Positions 1 through 13,900 of a stretch of DNA of 63,796 nt are shown in pieces. This DNA comes from Macrostomum lignano. Its lineage: Eukaryota. Numbering within the stretch: the first letter of the stretch is position 1; each line of letters opens with the position of its first letter. Both the position numbers and the translations under genes were made by a program. The stretch covers positions 36,522 to 100,317 of the forward strand of contig NIVC01003383.1 in the NCBI GenBank assembly GCA_002269645.1. Direction: 5' to 3'. The notes beneath the pieces are model-generated. The model was not told the DNA's origin, made no database searches, and was given only the letters and a program-made list of their open reading frames with translations.

Positions 1-275
1 TTGGACGTTAGCGCCAAGTCTGAGAGGAGATGTTAGCACCAATTTTGAGACGTTAGCGCCAATCTGAGATGAGATGTTAGCGCCAATTTTGAGATGTTAG
101 CGCCAATTTTGAGATGTTAGCGCCAATTTTGAGATGTTAGCGCCAATTTTGAGATGAGATGTTAGCGCCAATTTTGAGACGTTAGCGCCAAGTCTGAGAG
201 GAGATGTTAGCACCAATTTTGAGACGTTAGCGCCAATCTAAGATGAGACGTTAGCGCCAATTCTGCGATGTTAGC
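1..275. repeat. Minisatellite, ~20-bp unit (GAGATGTTAGCGCCAATTTT), runs off the window start
   Basis: About 11 degenerate tandem copies are visible directly. Confidence 0.9.
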
Positions 276-1609
276 GCTACGTGCTGCCGCAGGCGAGCTT
301 TCTACCAAAGGAACATGAGCTCCATTTTCACCAGGAAATAGCTGACCTTCTGCCCCTTGTGTAAATCTCAATGACCTGTACCCTCCCTGATCACCTGCGG
401 CATGGGAAGTTTTCCAACAGATGTAAGACAGTTTCAATTGAAAATGCGAGGCCGTACATGTGGGACGCACATGTAAAATTAATTGCACATGCATAGATTT
501 TTGGAAAACTGACAATTAATCGAACATCTTTATTAACGAATTACAGTATTTTGGCTTTGCAAATCAGTACATGTATTTTTGCAGATTTTCTATTTCCTTC
601 TGTTTTTGGATAAACTTTATAGACAGATCCCAAGCTTAAAAAATTAACCTTTATTATCCCCATATTAAACTGGCCAAACAATTTAATTAAAGACCTTATT
701 TTAAAGGTAAGCGACAATTTTTTGACTCACCGTTCTTAGAAATAACGAAACATTTGTTAATGTAATGCCAAGTTTTATTTGTACCATTAGATCCATGCTA
801 CTTATAGTACAATAAAACATTTCAATTTACTTAAAAATTCGCACCAAAATGAAAAAATATATGGCTCCACATTAGCATATTGTTTGCTTTGAAATAAATT
901 AACGAACAGTAAAGTACGATTTCAGCGAATTCGACACCGATTTTTTAGAAATTGATACATTATGTACATATGTATGATGCAAATTAATCTTACAGCTGTA
1001 CACGCCGTGTACATGTACATGTAAGGTATAAATATACAGAGACTACATGTATAACTTTAATTTTTGTGCACATCTGATTGAACATCTTTAAAGAACTAGG
1101 ATGACAAAATGAGCAGCAGTGCATGGTTTCTATTACTTAGAAGTGATTTCCCTTCGATCAGGACAATCGCACAACCTCTTGACATTAGATTGTAACTATC
1201 CAAAAGAACTTTGTAAATACAGTGTATTAGCGTCTGCCGTCTAACAACGATATATTTTTGCAGATCAATAGCAACAAACTATTCAATAACTTTAGGATTC
1301 CTTTTATTTTATGATTACATTGTGCAATATCTTTACAAAATTAGAAAAGGCCTTATACTCTACGTCACCTTTATGAATTTGGTTTGTTAAATTGCAAATG
1401 CAGCGGGGCGTTGCCACCGGCTGCGGGGACTGGGGGGACATGTCGACCGGCCCCCAGTAAAAGCTGAGAGAGGAACATGCAAATGATTTCTCCCCCCCCC
1501 CCACCCAACCAATTGTGACCCGTTATGGAAATCTGCAATAATTTAATTGCTTCAGGGCGACAAAATGTAAGCAAATTAATGATCAGCTTCTGAGAAAAAA
1601 TGGGGAACG

Positions 1610-1850
1610 GAAGTTTGCTTGCGGAAGTGCGCTTGCCTAAGTTTGCTTGCAGGAAAAAATGGTTGCCGAAGTTTGCTTGTCGAAGTTTGCTCGTAGCACT
1701 TTGACTTTGCTTTAGTCATGCAATTTGCTGGCTGAACTTTGCTTGCCGACGTTTGCTTGCTGAATTTTTCTTGACGAATTTTTCTTGACAAAGTTTGCTT
1801 GATGAATTTTTCTTGATGGAGTTTGCTTCGCTTCGCCTTGCTTCGGCTTC
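1610..1850. repeat. Degenerate short tandem repeat (AAGTTTGCTTG core)
   Basis: The core agtttgct/tttgcttg recurs about 10 times with variable spacing. Confidence 0.6.
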
Positions 1851-2809
1851 GGGGGCCGGATCTGGCCCTAGGGCCGGAGGTTGCCGACCCCTAAGTTAAG
1901 GGTGTATTTTTACGCAAAAATATTAAACATGTATTTTACAATGTTAGCTTTTAAAATTGTCGTTGTTTTATTTTTTATTAACAATGCTTTGCGTGGATAC
2001 TCACAAGTATTAATATTATACATAAAAAATATGCACTTTGTGTTTTTCTACACTAAAGTTTAAACCACATTTAAAAAATATTTTTCTATGATTTTTTGTT
2101 TCGCGAACGTATCTCAAAGAATTATTCATTGAAAAGGATTTTAGGTTTGAGATCTCTTCTATATAATATTAGATAGATAAAATTTATTTTAATATCCATT
2201 TTAATTAGATCCAAATATAGGTTATAGCTTATTAAAAAATTCTGTCAAAAACTGAACTCCTAGATTGGGCATGGGCGGGCCGTGGGGTTGTTTTGTTTAT
2301 GTTTTACTTGCCAACAAACAGTTGAACTGAAAACATATTTACATATTTGTCATAAGTGCTAGAATAAATTTCTATATGAGGTTGATATTAGTAAAACCCT
2401 GTAGTGAAAATCGTTCTAAACATACACTGTAATATAAAGTTAACTTTATGACAAATAGGATATGCTACTTAATATTACTAATACTAAAGACATATCACAT
2501 AGGGCCTAACTTACTGTCATACTGAGTAAGAATATCATATGGCAACTGGATGTTTTGATGAATTATTTTGTTTTATAGCATATCATTAAAAATGGATGTT
2601 TAGCTGAAGGTTAGGTTTTGTTTAAAAGAATAACAAAGAAAAAGTTTAGAAGACAAAAATAAGTGCTGTTTAGAGTGAAAAATTGTGCTATCTCTAGGCC
2701 CTAGGGTTTTTAGATAGGTCCTATGTTGTTAATTGTTAACATGATGAATCTTTAAAGAGTTACCTTTTATTTAATACCAAAATATTCTATTTAGTTTTAT
2801 TAATAATTT

Positions 2810-3278
2810 GGCAGTGCTTATTCCCACAGTACCGTAGGAATAATTTCTGTCTTATTCCAACGGTACTGTGGGAATAATTTTCTGCTTATCCACACAGCAC
2901 ACTGACATGATAGCTGCCATATCTTCTACATATATATGCTGTATGTGAATAGTTTATAGCTTTTTGAAAGGGAATTTGAATTAAGGATACTAAGAAGCTG
3001 TTGATCTAGATCAATACCACAACCAACATTTTTTTGCATAAAAAAGCCATTAAATCTTTACTTCTATTAAACAAATTGTCAAGCAAAGTTATATTGTTAG
3101 GCCTATTATTAGTACTTAAACTGTAAGTACTAAACTAAAGTATTCCCACAGCATATATGTAGAAGATGGGCCAGCTATCTTGTCAGTATGCCATGCGGAT
3201 AAGCAGAAAATTATTCCCACAGTACCGTTGGAATAAGATAGAAATTATTCTTACGGTACCGTGAAGATAAGCACTGCC
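2810..3278. mobile_element. Non-autonomous Mutator-like (MULE) MITE, 469 bp
   Basis: ~135-bp terminal inverted repeats (GGCAGTGCTTA...TAAGCACTGCC). A perfect 9-bp target-site duplication TAATAATTT lies at 2801-2809 and 3279-3287. Long TIRs with GG ends plus a 9-bp TSD are typical of Mutator. Confidence 0.85.
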
Positions 3279-3389
3279 TAATAATTTAGTATAGACCTTT
3301 TTTTAAAAAAATTGCAAATAAGCATTGGCAACCCACACTTTGGATTATGCAATATAGGGATCAGCAGACTTCTTACCTTAGGGGCTAAA

Positions 3390-3680
3390 TAAAGAACCTA
3401 GTGCATGACTGCAGACCAGAGGAAAAAATAAAGGAAAGGAAATTAAGTACAGAAATAAGAGAGAGAGGGTGAAAATAAAGGAGACAAAAAAGGAGATAAA
3501 ATAGGAAAGAAAAAAAGGAGAGGAGAAAAAAAAGGAGACAATAAAAAGATAAGAAATGATATAAAGGAGAAAAAGAAAGAAAGAAAAGAAGAAAGGTATA
3601 AAAAAAGAGAAAAGAAAGGAAATAAAAAAGGAAGAGTAGAGAAAGGTAATAGAAGAGAGCTGAGAAAAGACACAAACCTT
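3390..3680. repeat. Purine-rich (GA/A) low-complexity tract
   Basis: Almost exclusively A/G on the + strand. The F/L/S-rich ORFs here are compositional artefacts. Confidence 0.8.
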
Positions 3681-5235
3681 GAGCTCATAGTCTGGATCAT
3701 GCTAGGTGTACGCCTGAACAAAAATTAAATAATTACAACTGCATACCAAAAAATAGAGTGCATGCCAATTGTCAAAACTATGCCAGTGTTGCAACAATAA
3801 ATGACCTTTTTTATGTTGTGACAATTAATGATTTTTGAATTGCATAATAAACCTTTTTGGCAAAAAATTGGTTAATTTTTCTGCTTTTTTAGCAATGCTA
3901 TATATAGTAGAAAATCAATACATGCAAAGATTTGTTTAAATATGCTTTATTACAATCTCAAAACATAGAAAGCTTGAAATTTATGCTTAAAAATAAACTT
4001 TTCATCTTTTCTATTTCACAATAACTTTTCTATGTGATTCTTTAAAGTGCATGCTAGGTATGTATATGTATGCACATTATTTTCTTAGGAGCAATGCACA
4101 CCAACTGTGTATGCCTTTTTGGTATGCAAGGCCAATGCATGCCTAAATTTTAGGGCATATACTGCATGATCCAGAGTGTGGCCTTGAGCTAGCTGCATTG
4201 CTATTATGAAGTTTTAAAGGACCCAAAGGCTGGCTAGTGAGGCTTTGTAGGCTACATGTGATAAAAAAATTGGGCATATATTGGCCTTGCACACCAAAAG
4301 TTAAGTGTGCCCAATTGGCATATATGATTCCTAAAAAGGTGTGCATGCATACTTGAATATTTGTAAAATTGCATAGAAGAGTTAGTGTTAAGTGGAAAAA
4401 AGATTGAAAAATTGATCTTTGAGTGTAAATTTCAATTTTTCTACTTTTTAAGCTTGTAAAAAAGCAATTAAACAAATTTTGTACATATTGATTTTCTGTT
4501 ATAAATAATAAAAGCAAGAAAGATAAAAATCAACCAAATTAATAGCCAAAAAGGATCCTTTACACAATGTAAAGTATATCATTTGTTGTCGCAACATTAG
4601 CCTAGATTTGAGAGTGTTGGCCTGCACTTAATTTTTTTGGCATGCATTTGTATTTATTCAATTTTTGTTTGGGCATGCACCCAGTATGATTCAGACTATA
4701 GCTGGCAACAAGGACAAAGTTGTATGATTTTTCCACATTTAAACTTGCAGAAATTAAATTTTTCTTGTATTTTTAATAATTTTAAATTTTGCTTTATCTG
4801 GGCAAGCAAAAAAATATATTCCCATGTGTCACAAATAAAAATAGCCAAGTTAATCCCTAGAATTATATATTTCTATGAATATGACCAATATTTTCTAAGA
4901 AACCAATGCTTTTTAAAAATATATTTTATCTTATTTTCTTCAACTTTACTTGTATTGCTTTGTTGTCCCTAGATAATAACAAGTTTAAATATATAGAATT
5001 ATATCTACAATAATTAACTAAAGTAAGCAATACAAAAAAGTTTTACTATAAAAAATGTTTTGTAAAAAAACTAGTTCTTCATTTAGACAAGTTAGTTTTG
5101 TAAAATGGTTTTGTATCTCAATAATAAAATGGTAAAATTAGATTAATAAAACATTCTTTGTTGATGAACCTGTTAAGCTTACTTTAACTATTGATAAATT
5201 CAGTTTTATTTTTTGCTTAAATTTTGACATTGACT

Positions 5236-5529
5236 AAGAGCCTGTCAACTGAAGCTCATAAAGTGGAGCCCAAGTAACCTATATATATAAATGATGCATC
5301 ATTCTGCTCACAGTGACACCAGGAAGCTGGATTTGGCAAAAAAGTGGACTTGGGATAAGTAAGAATAAGGAAGGGGATAATTGGGAATATTATATCAACT
5401 TAAGCTCAAAAAGTGGAGTCTGTAATTATCCCCTTGCTTATTCTCACTTATCCCAAGTCTAACCTTCATACCATTTGTGTACATAGGTTACTTGGGCTCC
5501 TGTTTATGAGCTTCAGTTGACAAGCTCTT
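5236..5529. mobile_element. MITE-like foldback element (~295 bp)
   Basis: Imperfect TIRs AAGAGCCTGTCAACTGAAGCTCATAAA...TTTATGAGCTTCAGTTGACAAGCTCTT, plus an inner inverted pair (CTTGGGATAAGT / ACTTATCCCAAG). No clear TSD. Confidence 0.65.
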
Positions 5530-5798
5530 TGGTATAGCCTGACACCTATCTAAAAATTTATCTCATGTGGAAGAGCATTGTGTGCAACACCAGTGGCATA
5601 AAATTATAGTGCAATATTGTAGATTGTAACCATATGTAACCATAAACTGTTCCTTGTATTTTTAACAATAGAAATTAAGCAGAAGTTTTTATAGTTTTTT
5701 AAGAGTTTATTCACTTACTTACAAGTTGTAAACGAGATTATTAAACATAAAAATAAAGATATTGACCAAATTTTTTGCATGCCCTTGACAGCAGCTTA

Positions 5799-7139
5799 AT
5801 GTCAGAGGGGCCACCAACCTCTGCTCCGCAGCAGCAGCAGCCGCAGCCTCAGCCACAGCAGCACTATGGCTATCCCCAGGCCACTCCGCCAAGATCTCAG
5901 GGACCGCCATTTTCCCATGCTGACATGTCTGGCGGCTACCCGCAGCAGCCGGGCCAGATGTACCCGCCTCAGCACCAGGGCTACCCTGGCCACGGCTACT
6001 ATGGCGGACCTCCTGGCCAGCAGCAGCCCTACCAGCTGCCGCCTGAAGCTTCGGCAGGCCAGTACAATGCTAATCCGCAGATGATGCAGATGCCCTACGG
6101 ACAGCAGCACCAGATGCAGAAGCAGCCATATCATCAGCAGCAGATGTACCTTGGTCAGCAGATGCAGCCTCCCTACCAGCAGTTTGGGCAGCAGCCGCCT
6201 GTGAGCCAGCAGCAGCAACAGTATGCTCAGCAAGTACATGGTGGCCAGCAGGGCCAGGAGCAGCAACAGCAGCAACAACAACAGCAACAGCAGCCATCTC
6301 CGCAGCCTCCACCATCACCGCAGCAACAACAGCAACAGCAACAGCAACAGCAGCAGCAGCAGCAACCGCAGTCTCAGCCGTCGCCAGCATCGCAGCAGAT
6401 GCCGCCACCAGCCGCGCCTCCGCCGCTGCCGCAGTCGTCGCAGCAGTCCTCTGTTGCTTCTTCCGATGGCCAACAGTCGGCGGCTGGCGGCCCGCAGCCT
6501 CACTACAGCTATGCTCAGACTATGCAGCCAAGGCCTCAGGCTGTGCCAGCACCTGGCCCGCAGTTTGCCCATCCTGGCGGTGCCGGCGGTGGCCCCTTCG
6601 GCCCGGGCCCCGACATGCCAGGCGGCGGATACATGCAGCAGCAGCAGCCAGGCCCTCAGATGTACCCTCCACCTCACCAGGGCTACCACATGCCGCAGTC
6701 AAGTCACGGCTACTACGGAGGTCCCCAGGGCCAGCAACAGTACCCTGGCACCGCTGAGCCGCCTGTTAGCCATGCTCAAATGATGCAGCAGCACCAGATG
6801 CAGTACATGCAGTCCCAGCATCAGCAGCCGCCTCATCAGATGCAGAAGCAGCAATATCATCAGCCGCAACAGATGTACCCTGGCCAGCAGATGCAGCCTC
6901 CCTACCAACAGTTCGGCCCCCAATCGTCTGCGCCTCCATCCATGCAGCCGCCGCAGCAACAGCAGCAGCAGCAACCCCAATATTTTCAGCAGGTTCCGAA
7001 CAATCAAATGCCGACTTCCCAGCAGTCCCAGCCGCAACAGGCGCAGGTGCCTCCGCAGGTTTCGCAGCAGCGCCCGCAAACGCCTCAGTCGCAGCAGCAG
7101 CCTCCTTCATCGCCTCAGCAGGCACAGCAGCCTGGCAAT

Positions 7140-7195
<56 letters not shown>

Positions 7196-9362
7196 GCAGT
7201 CGCAGCCGTCCCCAGCGTCTCAGCAGATGCCGCCACCCGCAGCTCCGCCGCCTCTGCCGACCTCGGCTGCTCAACCGATGCCTCCTCAGTCTCCGCAACA
7301 GCAGCAACAGCCGCCAGTGTCAAATTCGGACAGTCAGCAACCCACAGCTACTCAGCAGCCGCAGCCGCAGCAGCAGCACTTCGGCTATCCTCAGGCTACA
7401 CCGCCAAGATCCCAGGGACCGCCGTTTGGCCCTGCGACTGCAGAGCTTGCAGGCGGCTACCCTCAGCAGCAGCCAGGCCCCCAGATGTACCCCCTCCGCA
7501 CCAGGGCTACCCAATGCCTGGCCAGGGCTACTATGGCGGGCCTCCTGGCCAGCAGCAGCCCTACCAGCTGCCGCCTGCCGAGCCGCCGGCCGGCCCGTTC
7601 AGCAGCAGCCAGCTGATGCAGCTCAGGGCCCAGATCAACGCCTACAAGAACCTCAGCCGCAACCTGCCTCTGCCAGATCAGCTGCGCGTGCAGGCGCTCG
7701 GCTCCTCCCTCTCCCGCCCTGTGCCCCCCAGCATCGCCGGCATTCTGTCCGGCTCGGGCGACGCCCCCGCGCCCGACCTTCCTCCCGGTGGTCGTCAAGG
7801 CTCTCCGATGCCGCCTCGCCAGCAGCCGCAGCCGCCTACGGATACCCCAACCAAGCTGCCGACATCCGGGGCGGCCGCGACCTCGTCGCAGCAACAGCAG
7901 CAGCCGCTGTCCAGCCTCATCACCACGCCTGTTTCTCCCGCCCAGCCGCAGTCGCAAGCGTCTGAGATGCAAGCGGCTTCCGTTGCGTCCGACGTCCCAG
8001 CCGGAAGCTCCGCGTCCGTCTCTAATTCCTTGCCGCCGCCGCCGCCGCCGATGCACCCCAATGCGCCTCGAGCGATGACTCCGCCAACGATGCAGCATCC
8101 GCATCATCCGCTGCATCACCAGCATCCGTACGGACACCCGCCGCCACCTCAGGCGCCGCCGCCGCCAGTCCTGATGTACCAGCAGCGGCCGGGCACAACC
8201 ATCCGCCCGCCAGCTGTGGATCCCGTCGAGCTGCTGCGGGATCGGGAGCAGCGACTCCAGTGCCGCGTTGCCGGCCGCATCTCCGAACTCGAGGAGCAGT
8301 CAGCTGGGGTCTCCGAGGAGCAGAAATTGAAGCTGCAGATCGAGCTGCGCGCGCTCCGCCTGCTGGGCCTGCAGCGCCAGCTGCGCAGCGACTTCGTGTC
8401 GACAATTCGCCGGGACACCACGCTGGAGACGGCGCTGAACGCCAAGGCCTACAGGCGGCCCAAGAAGCAGACGCTGCGGGAAGCCCGCGGCACGGAGAGG
8501 CTGGAGAAGCAGCGCCGACTCGAGGCCGAGAAGCGGCGCCGGCAGCGGCACCAGGAGTGCCTGAACGCCATCCTGGCGCACGCCAAGGAGTTCCGCGAAC
8601 ACTATCGCAGCGTGAACTCCAAGATGTTCAAGCTGAACAAGGCCGTGCTGGCCTGGCACGCCAACACCGAGCGGGAGGCGCGCAAGGAGCGCGAGCGGAT
8701 CGAACGGGAGCGAATGCGCCGGCTGATGGCCGAGGACGAGAAAGGCTACCGCGAGCTCATCGACAAGCAGAAGGACCAGCGGCTGCACTACCTGCTCGAG
8801 CAGACTGACGAGTTCACGGCCAACCTGTCCAAGCTGGTCAAGGATCACAAGCGGGAACGCCAGGCCGTGAAGAAGTCCGAGAAGCGGGAGAAGCTGCGCG
8901 AGCACCAGGCAGCTCTCCTGACTGCTGTGCTCAACGCCGGCGAGACCGTCCGCGTCGCCGTGCTGAACCCGTCCACCGGAGAGCGGCTGACCGGAGAGAA
9001 CGCGCCGACCTCCCAGGAGCTGGAGCGGTGGCTGGCCGAGCACGAGGGCTGGCTCATTCTGCCCATCGATTCCGACGGTACACCCAGGCCTGATCTTGTC
9101 GAGGACATGGTGGTCGAGGAGGACTACGAGCACGAAGATCACGACACCGACATCCACACCATCCAGGGCACCGAGGACGACGACTACCACCAGCAGCAGA
9201 GCTACTACGGCAGCGCCCACAGCGTCCGCGAGAGAATCGTTGAACAGGCCAGCATCTTGGTTAACGGCCGGCTGAAGGAGTACCAGCTGAAGGGGCTGCA
9301 GTGGCTGGTGTCGCTTTATAATAATAACTTGAACGGCATTCTAGCTGACGAGATGGGATTGG
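5799..9362 (+). CDS. SMARCA4: Brahma exon 1 (low-complexity N-terminus, QLQ, HSA, BRK, start of ATPase)
   Basis: ORFs 5775-7616 and 7514-9415 are joined by restoring one C at 7490-7494. Ends GGA TTG G|GTGAGT. Confidence 0.92.
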
Positions 9363-10418
9363 GTGAGTTCTTGTTGTATCCTGAGCTTTTTCATTTGCTC
9401 ATATCCTGTGCCTAGATTTTTCTAATCCGCTCATATCTTGTGCCTAGATTTTTCTAATCCGCTTATATCCTGTGCCTAGATTTAGCTAATCCGCTTATAT
9501 CTTGTGCCTAGATTTAGCTAATCCGCTTATATCTTGTGCCTAGATTTTTCTAATCCGCTTATATCTTGTGCCTAGATTTTTCTAATCCGCTCATATCTTG
9601 TGCCTAGATTTTTCTAATCCGCTCATATCTTGTGCCTAGATTTTTCTAATCCGCTCATATCTTGTGCCTAGATTTAGCTAATCCGCTTATATCCTGTGCC
9701 TAGATTTAGCTAATCCGCTCATATCCTGTGTCTAGCTTTGGCTAATCTGCTCAGATTTCCACTTTCACCAGTCTCACTACATCCCGCCCGCAGGCAAGAC
9801 CATCCAGACCATCGCCCTGATTACCTACCTGATGGAGAGGAAGAAGGAGAACGGGCCTTACCTGATCATTGTGCCGCTGTCAACCATGTCCAACTGGGAC
9901 CTCGAGTTTGACAAGTGGGCGCCATCGGTCAAGAAGATTCTGTACAAGGGCTCGCCGCAGCACCGGCGCTCGCTGCAGTACCACCTGAAGGGCTCAAAGT
10001 TCAACGTGCTGCTCACCACCTACGAGTACATCATGAAGGACAAAACGGCCCTGTCCAAGATCAAGTGGAAGTACATGATCATCGACGAGGGCCATCGGAT
10101 GAAGAATCATCACTGCAAGCTCACCTGCGTGCTCAACTCCTACTATACTGCACCCTACCGCCTGCTGCTGACCGGCACTCCGTTGCAGAACAAGCTGCCC
10201 GAATTGTGGGCCCTCATGAACTTCTTGCTGCCCTCTGTGTTCTCCTCTGTGACCACTTTTGAGCAGTGGTTCAATGCGCCGTTTGCTACTACGGGTGAGT
10301 TGATTTGCTATGTGGATCGGCTTATTTAGTGATTGGGATATTGACTTGATTGTTGTGTTTGTTGGTAAATTGTTTGTCAAAATGATTGATAGCTGTATTT
10401 ATTGACTGATTGATTGAC

Positions 10419-10462
<44 letters not shown>

Positions 10463-10465
10463 GTC

Positions 10466-10501
<36 letters not shown>

Positions 10502-10504
10502 GTC

Positions 10505-10540
<36 letters not shown>

Positions 10541-10543
10541 GTC

Positions 10544-10579
<36 letters not shown>

Positions 10580-10927
10580 GTCTGATTGATTGATTGATTG
10601 ATTGTTGTCTGATTAACTAATAGCTCTTATGATTGATTGATTGACTGATTAATTGATTGATTGACTGATAGCTGTACTGATTGATTGATTGTTATCTGAT
10701 TGATTGATTGATTGATTGTTATCTGATTGATTGATTGATTTATTGTTGTCTGATTAACTAATAGCTCTTCTGATTGATAGATTGCTAGCTGTATTGATTG
10801 ATTAATTGATTGATTGTCTGGTTGATTAATCGATTGTCTCATTGATTAATTGATTGATTGTCTGGTTGATTAATCGATTGTCTCATTGATTAATTGATTG
10901 ATTGTCTGATTGATTGATTTCCTGATT

Positions 10928-10966
<39 letters not shown>

Positions 10967-13900
10967 GCAAACTACAAATCAGCCACACTGATTTCGCAGG
11001 TGAGAAGGTTGAGCTGAACCAGGAGGAGACTCTGCTCATTATCCGCCGCCTGCACAAGGTGCTTCGGCCGTTCCTGCTACGCCGACTCAAGAAGGAGGTG
11101 GAGTCGCAGCTGCCCGACAAGGTTGAGTACGTGATCAAGTGCGATATGAGCGCCCTGCAGCGGACTCTGTACAATCACATGAGCCAGAAGGGCGTCATTC
11201 TCACTGACGGCTCCGAGAAGGACAAGAAGGTGACTGCTTGCTCGCTGATTTGCCGCTGTCTCGGGGGGGGCTTATTCTAATTTAGTGACCAACAGTCCTT
11301 CTCGTCCTGCGGCTCGCCTGACATCTGTGTTAGAGGCGACTCGATTCACCGAGAAGGCACAGCAATTTTATGTTTCTTTAATCAGTGGCTCTGCTCACAG
11401 TGATGTACTACTAATCCAATGTAACTCACTGACTTACTGAGCTGCTGAACAATACAATTTATGATTTTCTAAAGAGGAATAATCATATTTCTTTTAAGCT
11501 CATTGTCTCAAATCCTGAGTCATGTTTTTTTTAAATTTAATCCCTGGATTCTTGCTTATCTAATCATGGGATTCTTTTATCCCTAATCCCGAGACTCTTA
11601 TCCCTAATCCCGAGACTCTTTTATCCCTAATCCTAGGATTCTTATATCCCTAATCCTGAGATTCTCATATCCCTAATCCTGAGATTTTCGTATCCCTTTT
11701 CCTGGGATTTTCGTATCCCTAATCCTGAGATTTTCGTATCCCTAATCCTGAGATTTTCGTATCCCTAATCCTGAGATTTTCATATTCCTTTTCCTGGGAT
11801 TCTCATATCCCTAATCCTAGGATTCTTATATCCCAATTCCTGAGATTTTCTTATCCCTAATCCTGAGATTTTCTTATCCCTAATCCTGAGATTTTCTTAT
11901 CCCTAATCCTGAGATTTTCTTATCCCTAATCCTGAGATTTTCTTATCCCTAATCCTGAGATTTTCTTATCCCTAATCCTGAGATTCTCATATCCCTAATC
12001 CTAGGATTCTTATATCCCTAATCCTGAGATTTTCGTATCCCTAATCCTGAGATTTTCTTATCCCTAATCCTGAGATTTTCTTATCCCTAATCCTGAGATT
12101 CTCATATCCCTAATCCTAGGATTCTTATATCCCTAATCCTGAGATTTTCTTATCCCTAATCCTGAGATTTTCTTATCCCTAATCCTGAGATTCTCATATC
12201 CCTAATCCTAGGATTCTTATATCCCTAATCCTGAGATTTTCGTATCCCTAATCCTGAGATTTTCGTATCCCTAATCCTGAGATTTTCGTATCCCTAATCC
12301 TGAGATTTTCGTATCCCTAATCCTGAGATTTTCGTATCCCTAATCCTGAGATTTTCTTATCCCTATTCCTGAGATTTTCTTATCCCTATTCCTGAGATTC
12401 TCATATCCCTAATCCTAGGATTCTTATATCCCTAATCCTGAGATTTTCGTATCCCTAATCCTGAGATTTTCGTATCCCTAATCCTGAGATTTTCGTATCC
12501 CTAATCCTGAGATTTTCTTATCCCTAATCCTGAGATTTTCTTATCCATAATCATGAGATTTTCTTATCCCTAATCCTGGGATTCTCATATCCCTAATCCT
12601 AGGATTCTTATATCCCTAATCCTAGATTTTCGTATCCCTAATCCTGGATTCTCATATCCCTAATCCTAGGATTCTTATATCCCTAATTCCTGAGATTTTC
12701 TTATCCCTAATCCTGAGATTTTCTTATCCCTATTCTGAGATTTTCTTATCCCTAATCCTGAGATTTTCTTATCCCTAATCCTGAGATTTTCTTATCCCTA
12801 ATTCCTGAGATTTTCTTATCCCTAATCCTGAGATTTTCTTATCCCTAATCCTGAGATTTTCTTATCCCTAATCCTGAGATTTTCTTATCCCTAATCCTGA
12901 GATTCTCATATCCCTAATCCTGAGATTCTCATATCCCTAATCCTGGGATTCTCATATCCCTAATCCTAGGATTCTTATATCCCTAATCCTGAGATTTTCG
13001 TATCCCTTTTCCTGGGATTTTCGTATCCCTAATCCTGAGATTTTCTTATCCCTAATCCTGAGATTTTCTTATCCCTAATCCTGAGATTTTCATATCCCTA
13101 ATCCTGAGATTCTCATATCCCTAATCCTGGGATTCTCATATCCCTAATCCTAGGATTCTTATATCCCTAATCCTGAGATTTTCGTATCCCTTTTCCTGGG
13201 ATTTTCGTATCCCTAATCCTGAGATTTTCGTATCCCTAATCCTGAGATTTTCGTATCCCTAATCCTGAGATTTTCATATTCCTTTTCCTGGGATTCTCAT
13301 ATCCCTAATCCTAGGATTCTTATATCCCTAATCCTAGGATTCTTATATCCCTAATCCTGAGATTTTCTTATCCTTATTCCTGAGATTTTCTTATCCCTAT
13401 TCCTGAGATTTTCTTATCCTTATTCCTGAGATTTTCTTATCCCTATTCCTGAGATTTTCTTATCCCTATTCCTGAGATTTTCTTATCCTTATTCCTGAGA
13501 TTTTCATATCCCTTTTCCTGAGATTTTCTTATCCCTATTCCTGAGATTTTCATATCCCTAATCCCGGGATTCTTATATTATCAAACCTGCAGTCTTGAGC
13601 AAGTTGCAGAGATTTAGTTTCGACTACAACGCAAAATTTTGAGCAATTATAAATATTCAATATTTATCAATGAAAAACTGAAGCGCCAATCGCTACCGCC
13701 CCCCCCCCCTACACGCACACGCAGGGCAAAGGCGGAGTCCGCACCCTGATGAACACCATCATGCAGCTGCGCAAGATCTGCAACCACCCGTTCCTGTTCC
13801 CGCACATCGAGGACGCCATCACCGAGCAGAAGGGCAGCGTGCCAATCAGCGGCGTTGATCTGTTTCGCTCGTCTGGCAAGTTCGAGCTGCTGGACCGGAT

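Noticed and set aside
1870-1892. GGTTGCCGACCCCT as a hAT terminal inverted repeat
   Set aside because: It resembles a Charlie-type end, but no partner TIR or 8-bp TSD could be found.
5802-9220. Antisense and alternate-frame ORFs over brahma, stonin, GPCR and the glycine-rich gene
   Set aside because: These are shadow ORFs from GC-rich, CAG-rich coding sequence with no independent motifs.
11297-11360. Known self-cleaving ribozyme or SECIS identity for the two-copy intronic element
   Set aside because: Required cores (hammerhead CUGANGA/GAAA, HDV nested pseudoknot, SECIS quartet with apical AA) could not be fitted. It is kept only as an unclassified motif.
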